A DNA stretch of 64,000 nt, from NCBI GenBank assembly GCA_038087875.1, contig CM075989.1, positions 4,526,001 to 4,590,000 on the forward strand. Reading direction: 5' to 3'. The position numbers were made by a program, and so were the translations under genes. The notes under the pieces were generated by a model that saw only the letters and a list, made by a program, of their open reading frames with translations, was not told where the DNA came from and searched no databases. The stretch comes from Malacoraja senta (lineage: Eukaryota). Shown in pieces: positions 1-12,446 of this stretch (position 1 is its first letter; the number at the start of each line of letters is the position of its first letter).

Positions 1-14
1 GGGACATAAGCATC

Positions 15-345
15 GGGTGGCACAGTGGTAAAGCTGCTGACTTACAGTGCCAGAACCCCAGGTTCAACCCTGACTACGCATGTGGAATTTGCATGTTCTC
101 CCCGTAACCACATAGTTTTCCTCTGGGTGCTCCAGTTTCCTCCCACTTCCCAAAGACGAGTGGGTTTGTTGGTTAATTAGACTCCGTAAATTGCCTCTAG
201 TGTGTAGGTGAGCGGTAGAATGTGGGAGAGTTGATGACAATTTGGGGAGACTAAAATATGATTCGTTTGGGATTAGTTGAAGGACTGTTTGGACATGATG
301 GCCTGAAGGCCTGTTTCCATTCAGTATGTCTTTATGACTCTATGA
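15..345 (+). mobile_element. tRNA-derived V-SINE (HE1-like), older subfamily with longer 3' part
   Basis: A-box-like TGGCACAGTGG, B-box GGTTCAACCC, V-domain TTTGCATGTTCTCCCCGT...TGCTCCAGTTTCCTCCCAC, CR1-type tail GAAGGCCTGTTTCC...TATGACTCTATGA. Confidence 0.85.
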
Positions 346-604
346 GCACATTGCAATACCATGGATAATTCTGTATCATTCTGCAGAATATGCAGACTAT
401 TTAGTAATACCAACTCAGTGAAAGTTTTGTCACTTTGAAGATGCCAGCACAAAGTTAAGACTCCCTATGTAGAGTGTAAAACTTCAACGATCCCATCAAG
501 TGTATACTTGATTTCCTAATCATCTCAGCAGTTCACACGTAAAATGAGTGTGTTGCACTGTAGCTACTGAAGGGCCTGGTTCCATGCTGTCCACCTCCAT
601 CTGC

Positions 605-922
605 TCCAGAGCGCCAGAGTTCTGGGCTCATTCCTGACTGTAGATGCTTTCTGTGTGGAGTTTGCATGTTCTCCCTGTGATTGTGTGGGTTTGCTCTAGT
701 TCCCCTCACATTCCAAAGTTGTGCAGGTTGGTAGCTCAATTGACTACTGAAGATTGCCCCAAGTTTATCGGTGAGTGGTAGAATTTGGGGGAGTGTGATG
801 AGAATATGGAGATATTAAAATGGGATTAACATAGGATTAGTGTAAATGGGCGCTTGAAAGTCAGTTCAGACTTAGTGGGCCAAAGGGTTTGTTACCATGC
901 TGGACCTCTCCATGACTCTATG
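605..922 (+). mobile_element. V-SINE, degenerate, same older subfamily as 15-345
   Basis: GTGTGGAGTTTGCATGTTCTCCCTGTG V-domain; ends GGGCCAAAGGG...ATGACTCTATGA. Confidence 0.8.
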
Positions 923-1127
923 ACACTAATATAGTCACAGATGGAGATCAATTGGTATCAAACTTATCCATGCATGAAACGCAATTAAAAAAGAAAATTG
1001 TGTGTCTGCTTTCTTGCAAAAAGATACAGGAAACTTTCTGAACATAATGGAGTACATTTAGTCTGGTGAGAATGAGAACAAATAGAAATTAGCATTGGAA
1101 AAAAAAATAGACCTGAAGAAATTAATA

Positions 1128-1437
1128 CAGAGATACAAAGGTACAGAGCAGAAACAGGCATTTCAGCCCACCGAGTTAATGCCGACCAGCAATCGCACCA
1201 ACACACTAGCGACACAAGCAAGACCCAACACACTAGGGACAATTTACATTTACAGCAAGCCAATTAACTTACAAACCTGTAAGTCGTTGGAGTGTGGGAG
1301 GAATCCGAAGATCTCGGAGAAAACCGACGCGGTCACAGGGAGAACGTAAAACTCAGTACAGACAGCACCTGTAGTCCAGGGTCGAACCCGGGTCCCCAGC
1401 GCTGTAAGGCAGTGACTCACCACTACACCACTGTGCT
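1128..1437 (-). mobile_element. V-SINE (HE1-like)
   Basis: Reverse complement has GTGGTGTAGTGG A-box, GGTTCGACCC B-box, V-domain and GGGCTGAAATGCCTGTTTC tail. Confidence 0.85.
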
Positions 1438-1629
1438 GCTCTTGAAATGGAAAACGATTAAATCCCCAACACCTCCATTCCAAGGTCAAGAAAACGTTGG
1501 TGATGGAGATGGTGGAGACAACAAAGAAGACTTGGATTCCAATATCATAATTGCTGATGAAGGTCAGCCAGGAAAGATCTCACAACTGCCCTTAATAGGC
1601 AAAGTTTACCCCTCCCATCAGTGCCTATC

Positions 1630-1860
1630 AATGAAAGGCATTGATGGAGTGGATGTTTCCACTGGTGGGAGAGTCTAGGACCAGAGGCTTCAGAATTAAA
1701 GGGCACTCTTTTAGAATGGAGGTGAGGAGGAACTTCTTTAGTCAGAGGGTAGTTAATCTGTGGAACTCATTGCCACAGAGGGCTGTGAAGGCCAAGTCAG
1801 TGGATATTTTTAAGGCAAAGATGGACAAATTCTTGATTACAACGGGTGTCAAGGGTTATT
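1630..1860 (+). mobile_element. CR1-clade LINE 3' RT fragment
   Basis: MFPLVGESRTRG..RIKG..FRMEVRRNFFSQRVVNLWNSLP, the typical CR1 ORF2 C-terminus. Confidence 0.85.
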
Positions 1861-1877
1861 CATGCTTTCAACTTTAA

Positions 1878-2080
1878 ACATTAGAGATACAACATTGAAT
1901 TAAGCCCTTTGTCCCACCAAGTCCTCACGGATCATCCACCATCCATGATCACCCCATGCACTAGCACTTTCCGACACACAAGGGACAATTTACAATTTTA
2001 CTGAAGCCAATTAACCTACAAACCTGTACCTCTTTGGAGTGTGGTAGGAAACCAGAGCACCCGGAGAAATCCCATGCTGG
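1878..2080 (-). mobile_element. V-SINE, 3' half only
   Basis: GCCAATTAACCTACAAACCTGTAC..TTTGGAGTGTGG..GAAACC.GAGCACCCGGAGAAA matches other copies. Confidence 0.75.
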
Positions 2081-2224
2081 TCCACCGACCGCACCAAGGC
2101 CTTCCCAGGACATCAAAGCAGCAATTTATCTTCCCTCTCTCATTATTTACTTCCTCACGAAACTTGTAGGCTTTAAAAAATCTAAGTTTGGAAGCATTAA
2201 GTCGTGGAAATGGTTGTGGGTCTG

Positions 2225-2502
2225 CATTTGGTCACCCCAATGTGCAGGATCCCATGCACGGCCTCAGTGATGTATAGGAAGCCACAAGCATGATTACAAT
2301 GATGTGCAGGAACCCATATGCCTGGTTATGCTAATGGATAGGAGCTTGTATGCTTGCTTACAGTGATGTACAGGAGGCAATATACTTGGTCAGACCGATG
2401 TACAGAAGGCCATATGACAATGTACAAGAGCCATACACTTGGTAATGCCAATGTACAGGAACCAATACAGTTGGTCACAGTGATGTACAGGAACCTATAC
2501 AG
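2225..2502. repeat. Degenerate minisatellite, ~31-32 bp period, ~9 units
   Basis: Recurring (G/A)ATGTACAGGA core near 2240, 2269, 2301, 2333, 2364, 2397, 2419, 2450, 2482. Confidence 0.7.
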
Positions 2503-2519
2503 AGGCCTCGGCAACCATT

Positions 2520-2612
2520 TCGACAAACACCTGTGTTCGGTCCAACGAGGCCCTATGGTAGCACCATTTTAATCACTCTTCCCATTCCCACACTGACCGT
2601 ATTGTCCTAGGA
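2520..2612 (+). mobile_element. Short Penelope-like endonuclease remnant
   Basis: GTAGCACCATTTTAATCACTCTTCCCATTCCCACACTGAC resembles the PVAxHFN-SxSHSHTD region of the PLE at ~14440-14490. Confidence 0.5.
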
Positions 2613-2819
2613 ACAGACCCTTTGGCTCATGATGTCTGTGTTGAACATGGTGCTCCTAAACTGAGCACTTCTGACTGCATGTGCTCCATATCGCTCCATT
2701 CCCTGCATATTCATGTGCTATCTAACTGTTACTGTTTCTCCGTAACAATAATCCAATTATTAATACCATTCAATATTAGTTTGTCACAATTATTTTTGGA
2801 TCATTATCTTTCTTCCTGA

Positions 2820-2958
2820 AATGGACAGGTGCATGGATAGGAAATGTTTACAGAGATATGGGACAAATGCAGGCAGGTGGGACTAGCGTAGATGGGGCAT
2901 CTTGGTCAGCATGTGCAAGTTGGCCCTAAGGGCCTACTTCCATGACACTATGATTCTA
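2820..2958 (+). mobile_element. CR1 (HER1-like) LINE 3' end sharing its tail with the V-SINEs
   Basis: ATGGATAGGAAA...GCAGGCAGGTGGGACTAG...TTGGTCAGCATG..AAGGGCCTACTTCCATG; the last ~40 bp match the V-SINE tails. Confidence 0.7.
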
Positions 2959-3486
2959 AATTGTTGTGTTCAGCCTCAATTTTCATTTACTAATTTTACA
3001 GTATTATTCAAGGTTTCTGTTTTACATTTAGTAGCAGATCTACAGAAATCCACCAAAATTGCAACGAGGCACCAGTAAAATTATATTACAGTAATTTACA
3101 GAAAACTCATAGACTTTCATCTGTGGTTCAATATTTCCTAACAGGATTTGCTGCTAAATTGCACTTGACAATCTAACTTACAGCTTCAGCAAGCCACAAA
3201 AAAAAGGAAAGCAATTCAAATGACCCTCTTCATATTGGGTTGTTATGATTCTTGTTGTGATTTGCACAAAAGATGTAATTTGTGCAAATACCAAGCATAG
3301 AAGATTAAGGGAACTTCGGCATGAGAGTGCTATGTTGGTTGTAATGTAATGCTGCAATTTCAACACACTTTTCCCTGTCTCTGTCCCAAAAGTATCTCAG
3401 CTCATTAAAATGCCTGAATCCCCAGATGAAAAAGTTGTACTTCAATTGCATTTGCTCAAAATGAGCTTAGAACTAAGCCCAGAAAT

Positions 3487-3778
3487 TTTAGTTTGGTTTA
3501 GTTTACAGGCCCTTCGGCCCATCGAGTCTGCACCGACCAGTGATCCCCATACACTAGCACTATCCTACACACCAGCACTGATTATTTTTACAATCTTTAC
3601 CTCGGACAATTAAACTAGAAACCTGCACGTCTTTGGACTGTGGGAGGAAACCGGAAAGCCCACACAGGTCACGGGAAGAATGTACAAAATCCGTACTGAC
3701 AGCACGCACAATCGGGATTGAACCTGCGTCTCTGGCACTTTAAGGCAGCAACTCTATGCTGCACCGCCATGCCGCCCA
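3487..3778 (-). mobile_element. V-SINE (HE1-like)
   Basis: Head GGGCGGCATGGCGGTGCAGC, GGTTCAATCC B-box, V-domain, (CTAAA)n tail. Confidence 0.85.
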
Positions 3779-4294
3779 GCGTAAAGCACAACCAATAAAA
3801 AAAGATTTGTACTACCTTTTTTTAAAAGGAATTTCCTTTGTTCCATTGAATTTCATCAAAATGATCATATTAAAACTCTTTCCACCATTACATGTTCTAT
3901 AACATGCCACGGCTAGTATACTACAAAGATATCTGGATATCTTAAAACTTTAATTTCATACCATAGGATGGTATACATTCCAATCTTTCCCTGAGCAGAA
4001 TAAATTGTAACCATCTGTGCTTTCTGAAAAAGGTTAACATTAGCAACATGAAAAGTGGATGGATATAAGTATTAGCAGATTTGGAGTAGTCCTGGATGTG
4101 GCATCCTGGCAGAAAATTCCAGAACACTATTCTGTTAAAGCTATTCATATACACGTTTGTAGTTTTCCCACGGCCAAAAAAACATCAACCAGCCATTGCA
4201 GGCCAGATTGTGATGCCCCACATGCTTAAAACACCAGGCGTGTTTCTCACTAACATCTTCATGTTGTGCTGCTGCTATAAGTAGGAATTTCATT

Positions 4295-4516
4295 GTTTTG
4301 TTCAGTTAGTTTCGTTCAGTTTAGTTCAGTTCTGTTCAGTTTAGTTTACTTTATTTAGTTTAGTTTAGTTTAGAGATACAGCACAGAAGCAGGCCGCTGG
4401 CTCACCGAGTCTGCGTCGACCAGCAATTCACGTACATTGGCACTATCCTAAACACTAGTGACAATTTACAATTTTTACCAAAGCCAATTAACTTACAAAC
4501 CTGTACGGCTTTGGAG
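4295..4516 (-). mobile_element. V-SINE 3' half with expanded (CTAAA/CTGAA)n tail, split by the L1
   Basis: (GTTTA/GTTCA)n at 4295-4372, then AGAGATACAGC...CAATTAACTTACAAACCTGTACGGCTTTGGAG; the SINE resumes at 10006. Confidence 0.85.
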
Positions 4517-4663
4517 GACTTCCAGTGGCGCTATGGAGGGATAGGTCGCACGTGTAAGTAGCTCCGCACCGTGCCGATCAAACTACGTTAAAAAAAGAAC
4601 GAAACGGTTCACTGTTCAAAGCATTTATGGGCAAAGGGCCAGCAGACCGGTAATCGAACCGCA

Positions 4664-5500
4664 ATGCCATCCAAACAAATGCCGAAAAAAGACGGAGAGG
4701 AAGGCCGCGCAGAAGCCCCGAGCTCACCTGAAAAACAGTCCCATGAAGAGACTGCAATCCAAATGCTGGTCCTGCAACCCATCTCGCATTGAAGAGGTAA
4801 CTGCGAACCTGAGAGGGGAAATTCTACGTCTGGAAACCGACATCAGCCATAAGTTGGAAACTACCCTGGCTACTTCACTCGCCCACAGCAAGAATATCCG
4901 TGAGCTGGAACTATTGGCTACAGCAAGCTCTGACGCTACGGACGAGTTGAAAGCTGAAGTGGAGCGCATCTCCTGCTTGGTGTCAAAATTAACAGAAAAA
5001 TGCCTAGATCTAGAGGGGCATTCCAAGCGTCAGAACTTGAGAATAGTCGGAGTGAAAGAAGGTAAAGAACACGGTCAAAATGTCCGTGACTTTACAGCAC
5101 GATTACTTAAAGACACACTCGCTCTGGATGAAAAGCCCTTGCTTGACCGAGCACACAGAGCTCTGAGAACCCGGTCAGACAGCAACGCGCCATCGCGACA
5201 TCTGATCCTGCGGGTGCATCACTGCCACGTCCCAGAGGAAATACTTCGTAAAGTGGCCAAGGACAGGAACCTAACGTACCACGGACAACGGAGACGAATT
5301 TTCAGAGACTTTCCCCCTGAAGTCGTTAGACAAAGAGCACTCTTTTCCAAGACATGAGGAATTCTGAGGGACATACCAAGAGTTCGATTATTATACCCGG
5401 CCAAGCTCCATGTCACACATGAAGGTGCTGAATCCTTCTTCACCAACATGAACGAGGCATTATTGTTTGCCCAGAACAGCGCCGGAGCCACCAGGGGATA
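4664..5500 (+). pseudogene. L1 ORF1p (coiled coil + RRM + CTD), disrupted
   Basis: RQNLRIVGVKEG, LDRAHR, RIFRDF; the frame continues past the premature TGA (5355-5357) into LLYPAKL. Start and end approximate. Confidence 0.9.
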
Positions 5501-6035
5501 AGTACTAGTCTAAAGAGTCTATGTCACAAGCTATTACGGACTCGCTACTTTCTCATATGGTAGAAACATTATCGACTGAAAGATAACTATTACGACACGC
5601 ATGTCGGTTAAGTATACATTCAATTACTTACTCATACCTTCCTATAGAACTTTAATTAGAGTGGAATGCTGATCCTCTAAAAGATCTTCACGTTTTGTTC
5701 TGTTTAGTTCCTTAATGCGTTAATGGTGCGGGACTATCTAATAATAATTCTAGTATTCAAAGTGAATTGTAAGGAAGGTTACTTGAATTCAACCACCCGT
5801 GTGTGGTGTTTGTTAGCGGCGTTTTTATATTTTGTTCCTTTTTCCTCTTCTCTTTTCTCTTTTCTTATCTTTGTAATAAATATCTTAGTATCTTGCTCTA
5901 AGGTGCACTTTTCTTGGAGATATCTCCGGGGGACAGGGGAAAGGGGCGAGGGGTTTCTCACTCAACCTACATTTGGAAGTACTTTAATCACTGTGTCGGA
6001 TAATTTAATTCAGCAGAGAACGCATAACATTAGCC

Positions 6036-9000
6036 ATGCAAGATGATGTAGCAACAAAACTGGGGGTAAAGGACTCACGTTCTGTAGTTGGAACGTCAGG
6101 GGCAGGAATGAACCAATAAAAAGGGGTCAAATACTAGCCCACTTAATATCCCTTAACACTGACATAATATTCCTTCAGGAGACTCACCGCAAGAACGATT
6201 CACATAACAGGCTGAGGGGTAGGTGGATTGGACAGTTGTATCACTCCACCTTTCCCTCTAAAGCCAGGGGTACCACAATTCTAATCCATAACGGTATCCC
6301 GTTGAAACATAAATCCACAATAGCTGATAAGGAAGGATGGTATATTATAGTATCCGGAGAAATATACTCAACCTCATTGACTTTGGTGAACATATATGCT
6401 CCAAATTTTGATAACCCTCAATTTTTCAATAAAATATTTAATTTAATCCCAGATATATCCCAGTTCAATTTGATAATCGGGGGGGGGGGGGATCAAAACT
6501 GTGTATTAGACCAATACCTAGATAGATCTTCATTTCAAAGAATAATTACATCCAAGTCCAGTGAACTTCTGACTACTTAAATAAACAACACAAATATAAA
6601 GGATTGCCAATCCTTCAGGAAGAGAATATTCTTTCTACTCAGGTGTCCATAAAGTGTACACAAGAATAGATTATTTCCTGGTCGACTCCAAACTTCTGCC
6701 ATACACCTACAACCCAAAATATCATAATATCATTATTTCAGATCATTGCCCTCTTACATTTTCTGTGAAACTGGAAGGAATGGCGAAAAGACAGCCGTGC
6801 TGGAGATTTAACCTACAAATACTCGCAGAGGCTAGGTTTTGTGACTACCTGAAGTTACAGATGGAAATCATCTTTGAGACAAATGACACTCCTGGCATTT
6901 CTCCATCTTTGCTTTGGGAAACCTTTAAAGCCTTCCTCAGAGGCTGCATCATTTCGTACCAAGCATCGCAGAATAAGAGAAATATGGCAGAACAACTGGA
7001 GTTAGAGAAACAAATAAAACAGTTAGACTTAGAAAATGCAGCTGACCCGTCCACAAGAAAACACAATAAGATAGCTGCACTCAAATTCAAACTAAACCCG
7101 ATACTCTCGGCAGGAATCGGTAGGGCATTTCAATACACCAAACAAAAACACTTTGAATTCGGAGATAAACCTCATAAACATTTAGCAAGACAACTGCGTA
7201 AATTGGAAAATGACCGTACCATACATAAAATCAGGTCGGAAAAAGGTGAACTGCTCTCACTGCCCAAAGATATCAACGAAAGATTTCAACAATTTTATCA
7301 AACCCTCTACTCGTCTCAAACAACAGCCGATGCAGACTTTTCTGGATAAGTGCAATCTTCCAACCCTCAGTGAGACTGAACGTGAGGAGTTGGGTGCAGA
7401 GATAACAGTAAAGGACATTTCAGAGACCATTAAATCACTGAAAAATGGAAAAACTCCTGGCCCAGACAGGCTCAATAATGAATTTTACAAATAATTTAAC
7501 GATATAATTTCCCCATGTCTACAAAGCCTCTATACCCAAGCGTTCAAGAAGCAGACCTTGCCGCAGACTCTAGCAGAATCAATTATCACATTAATTCCTA
7601 AAAAAGATAAGAACCTTGAAGAGCAAATGCCCTTTTAAATACTGACCAGAAGATTCTAGCCAAGACTCTGACTCGTAGACTCAGCCTAGTAATTGGAAAA
7701 CTTGTACACTCGATCAAACTGGGTTCAAACCTAAACGACACTCATTCTTTAATCTGAGATGCCTGTTTAATATGATTTATTCACATAGAATACTGAACGA
7801 AGACCTCACAACCATCTCATTGGACGCACAAAAAGTTTTCGACCAAGTTGAATGGTCTTATCTTTTCACAGCGTTGGAAAAATTCCAATTGGGCAAAAAC
7901 TTCATCTCATGGGTGAAGCTTCTATATACTAACCCGACCGCCAGAAAACTAACCAATCAAATATTTTCATCTAAATTTTACCTATTTAGGGGCATTAGAC
8001 AAGGATGCGCTCTCTCCCTGATGCTCTTTGCATTAGCCATAGAACCACTTGCTGAGAGTATTAAGTCCCACCCTGGCATATATGGATACAATACTAAGCA
8101 CATTATGCACATTTATGCAGACGATGTACTGTTATACATTACTAACCCCCGAACCAGTATCCCAAATTTACTATCCATTGTAGACCAATTCGGCACCTTC
8201 TCTGGCTACAGAATTAATTGGAATAAAAGCGAAATTATGCCAATAAATGAACAAGACGTCACCCAGCTCCAACAGTTCCCCTTTGGAATTGTTCCTGACA
8301 AATTCAGATATCTTGGAGTTTGCGTTACCAGGAAATATTCCCTTCTGTTCAAAACAAATTTCCCTCCATTAATCACAAAACTTCATACTTATATTCAACT
8401 TTGGAAAACATTGCCTATTCCCCTCCTCGGCAGACTAAATGCCGTAATGATGATCTTTCTCCCGCAGCTTTTATATCTATTCCAGACAATACCGATATAT
8501 CTTCCAAAATCTTTCTAAAAAAAATTGATTCCATTGTTACTAATTTCATTTGGGACTACAAAAGCCACCGAATACATAAACGACACCTGTGCAAATCCAA
8601 AGAGATTGGAGGACTAGCCTTACCCAATTTCCTCTTTTACTATTGGGCAACGAATATTAAAACCATAATTTTCTGTTTGGATGATTCGCACCAACAGGCC
8701 AACTGGCTAAAAATGGAAAGAGAAGATTGCTTGCCTTTCTCTGTAGGCTTGAATGTCCTGTCTCCATTACCCCTGAATAAGTCAATATATGATCATAACC
8801 CTATAATACATGGTACTATTCGTATCTGGAACCAGTTGAAGCTCAGTCTCAAATTGAGAGACATGTCTCTCCTTCTTCCTATTGCAAACAATCCCTCTCT
8901 TAAACCCTCTACTTTAGATGGTGTTTTCACCCTGTGGAAGAAAAAGGGAATCAACACTGTGGGAGACCTTTATCAGAAAGGGATTCTATCCTCCTTCCAA

Positions 9001-9763
9001 GAGTTGCGGGAGAAATACGATCTGAACACTAATAATTTTTTTCAGATACGTCCAGGTTAGGAACATACAGGCAAGACTACACCACTGCAAGTCCAGACAA
9101 ACTCGATGAGTGTTTGATTAGACATGCAGATACAGAGAAGTTGATATCCTACATTTACAATGTCCTTCAAAACAACAACACCTGAGGTTTACAGGCGTGC
9201 ATGGGAGGATGAGATGGGTCAACAAATCCCAAATGATATATGGGACGAAAGCTTACAATAGATCCATTATTGCTCCTTAAATGCCAGACACTGCCTGATA
9301 CAGTTCAAAGTGCTGCACAGGCTATACTACTCAAAAACCAAACTGAGCAAGATTTTCCCCACTGTTTCCCCTCTTTGCGATGAATGTCAGTCTCGACAAG
9401 CCACTTTAACCCACAGTTTTGTACTGTGTACAAAAATAGAACGTTTTTGGACGGGAGTATTCAATGTCATCTCCAAAACACTGAAAATCCCATTAGAGCC
9501 AGACCCAAAATTGATAATACTGGGAAAATCAGTGGCATGTCGCAAACTAACGGTCTTTCAAAGACGCTTTCTCAATTATGGTCTAATATCAGCAAGAAAA
9601 TTCATACTTTAAATTCTGGAAAAAGACTGCAGTCCCTCCAGTGAACATGTGGTTTACAGAAATGAAGGAGACACTACATCTAGAAAGAATTAGGTTTGTC
9701 TTGGATGATAAACCGGAACAATTTTTAAAAATATGGTCTCTTTTTATTGAATTTTTTGAATAA
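6036..9763 (+). pseudogene. L1 ORF2p (APE endonuclease + reverse transcriptase + C-terminal Cys/His motif), frameshifted
   Basis: SWNVRG, FLQETH, NIYAPN, RIDYF, SDH; KTPGPD, SLDAQKVFD, GIRQGC, YADD, YLG; CDECQ..LTHSFVLC, spread over several ORF-track fragments. Confidence 0.95.
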
Positions 9764-10005
9764 CACAATAGTTGAACACAAATTCGAAATTTATCATAGG
9801 GCTGGGTGAGCGGGCGTATGGATGGGTCGACGGATATATCTCCTCTCTTTTCTTCTTTCTTTCTTTTCTCTCTCCCTTCTCCTTCTCCTCTTCTTAATTT
9901 AATGTTCTGTTTGGAAAATGTTAAAATCGAAGCTGTTCACAAAGCTGTAAAATTGTCAAGTTTTTTGTACAATTGCTTCCAATAAAATAAATATATTAAA
10001 AAAAA

Positions 10006-10134
10006 GAAACGAGCACCTGGAGAAAACCCATGCATTCTTGGGGAGAACATACAACTTCCATGTGAGCGCCTGTAGTCAGGATCAAACCCGGGCCTCTAGT
10101 GCTGTAAAGCAGCAACTCTACCACTGTGCCACCT
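10006..10134 (-). mobile_element. V-SINE 5' half (continuation of 4295-4516)
   Basis: GAAAC.GAGCACCTGGAGAAAACCCA...AGTCAGGATCAAACCCGG...CACTGTGCCACC. Confidence 0.85.
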
Positions 10135-10624
10135 GTTCTGACATTTGATAATAAAACACTCAACTCTTGACACGTTGGTGCAGAAACAGGGCAGAAGTCT
10201 CTTCATATAACCACCCTTCTCTCTCATTCACTGAGCTATAAGACCTTCTCTCTATGCAAGATGACTTAACTGCTGCACTAAAACTGTGGGAAGATGATAA
10301 GATAGTTTGCTATAAAAATCCTTTAAAAATATATGTAAGAAGGAAAAGCAGATGCTGGTTTATATCGAAGATAGACCCAAATTGACATGCCTATGCAGGA
10401 AAAGTACAAACTTGTCTACGAATAGCTTTTAAGGGAACAATGCTCCAGAATTTTCGGCCAATATGCCAGAATGATGTTCCTATGTTCCTCTAGTTAATTC
10501 TCGCTCTTGTTTAATGTCAGAAATATGAAGATGTATCAAATGGTTCTGATCAACAAAGACAGTTCGCCTGTGACAGTGGAGTAAAATGACAATACAAAGT
10601 AGTAAAACCCAATGACAGAAATAT

Positions 10625-10720
10625 CACAAAAAGCTGGAGTAACTCAGCGGGACAAGCAGCATCTCTGAAGATCTTTCTGAAGAAGGGACTCTACCCGAAA
10701 CGTCACCTATTCCTTCTCTT
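10625..10720. mobile_element. Short fold-back PLE 3'-end element
   Basis: GCTGGAGTAACTCAGCGGGAC arm followed by inverted CTGAAGAAGGGACTCTACCCGAAACGTCACC. Confidence 0.7.
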
Positions 10721-11327
10721 TAAAAATATAACTTGGGTGGATACAACCTCATTGTATTTCAATAAGATATAACATCAAATAATTGGAGCTTGATGGCTAA
10801 ATGTAAAGATCAGTGAAACACCAGGTAATTTCTTTGAGAATGGTAAATTCATTTGCCCCATAATTCATATCACAGCTAATCCAAGGAATAATGATGTTCT
10901 AGTAGATCAATAAACAAAGACTGTACAGAAGCAATTTATCTTTGGATGAATGATTACCATGGATTCAAACCCTCAGATCACAGCATCATAGTGAGAACCA
11001 GTGCATGCAATTATGCGGATGTGAGGAAGTTTCACTGGCAGCTCAGCTATGTGGGCTCTTTCGTGTTATAATTAGTGATTTCATTTCTGAACCCCTGGAG
11101 TTTCCTGGTGGGATTCAGGGGGAAAAAACAAAGTTTCAATTAACAGAATATTACACCATCATTGGATCTTCAATGTTAGGTACTGCCTGATCTTACGTTG
11201 TGTTCTCAAAGGCCAACAATAAAAGGTTTACCCAGGCCAAATACTTAAGTGAATCATTGATCTATATTAGAATCACTTAATTACGTACTAATAACAGAAG
11301 AGTTTACAGATGACAGTGGAGAATTCT

Positions 11328-11430
11328 GAAGAAGGGTCTGAAGAAGGGTTTCGGCCCGAAACGTTGCCTATTTCCTTCGCTCCATAGATGCTGCTGCACC
11401 CGCTGAGTTTCTCCAGCATTTTTGTGTACC
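11328..11430 (+). mobile_element. PLE 3'-end element, subfamily B, with hammerhead core and 12-bp TSD
   Basis: CTGAAGAAGGGTTTCGGCCCGAAACGTT at 11338-11365; GTGGAGAATTCT at 11316-11327 and 11431-11442. Confidence 0.8.
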
Positions 11431-11648
11431 GTGGAGAATTCTTCATTTGGTTTTTGAGTCTTTCCTTGTGATTTCTCCATTCTTACGTTCTCCAAACTTG
11501 CATAGACATTTCTAACCCAGGTAATGGATGGAGCTTTGTAGAGCCAAATAATCATTCAGTATTTGCCAGTGGGAGAGAAAGAGTACAACATCTCCTCATT
11601 AAAACATGGTATCCTTATTCTCTCACACTGTAGCCAAATGACCAATAG

Positions 11649-11957
11649 CTTAGTTTACTTTAACGATACAGCATGGAAATAGGCCCTTAGGCCCATTGAG
11701 TCCACGCTGACCAGCGATCACCCTGTTCACTAGTACTATCTTACACACGAGGAACAATTTGCAATTTTACCGAAGCTAATTGACCTACAAACCTGTACGT
11801 CTTTGGAGTGTGGGAGGAAACCGGAGCCCCTGGAGAAAACACACGCGGTCCTGGGGAGAACAAACAAACTCCATAAGGCAGCACCCGTAGTCAGGATCGA
11901 ACTTGGGTCTCTGGTGCTGTAAGGCAGCAAATCTACCCCTGCGCCACCATGCCACCC
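11649..11957 (-). mobile_element. V-SINE (HE1-like)
   Basis: Complete head, V-domain and tail. Confidence 0.9.
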
Positions 11958-12446
11958 AGTAAGTGTTATTGGCTACTTCATTCAATTTTAATATCCTGAA
12001 CTAGTTTTCTTTCAATTCTATGTAAAAAATAAATGGTTGGTTATACAAAAGTATATTAGTGAGGTTTGATTCTGAGTTAGCAGTTTCACGTCATGAAATA
12101 GTTATCTTGATAAAGCAAAGAAATCTGCATCTTATTTTCCTGTGCAGCCAAAAAGCTCGGCTGATTGGTATTTAATTTTTAAGTTCAGAATAGTATTTAA
12201 AATAATTAGTAACCTGCTTTGCAATTGTCGAGTTTAAAGCAGACAGTGTCTACATTCAGATGGAAGGAACTCCTGAGGATGGTGACAGGCACATTACAGA
12301 TGTACTGAGATGTGATACTTCTTTCATTTAAGACAAAGACTCGATGAATGAGAATTGGCCATAAGCAAAGAGGAAGGTAAATTCTGTTTCTGTTTTGAAA
12401 TATATAATTGGAATCAAGAAACATGAACACATACAGCCTATTTTTT

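Larger units (their letters stand above)
4517..10005 (+). mobile_element. Full-length, decayed LINE-1 clade retrotransposon
   Basis: 5' GACTTCCAGTGGCG start, ORF1, ~0.5 kb spacer, APE-RT-CCHC ORF2, pyrimidine-rich 3' UTR, AATAAA at 9981, A-tail at 9998-10005. Confidence 0.95.

Noticed and set aside
2225..2502. CRISPR-like periodicity
   Set aside because: Units are wholly and degenerately repeated with no unique spacers; vertebrate context and no cas genes
4743..5357. Host gene such as L1TD1
   Set aside because: It is ORF1 of a complete L1 with ORF2, poly-A tail and disabling mutations
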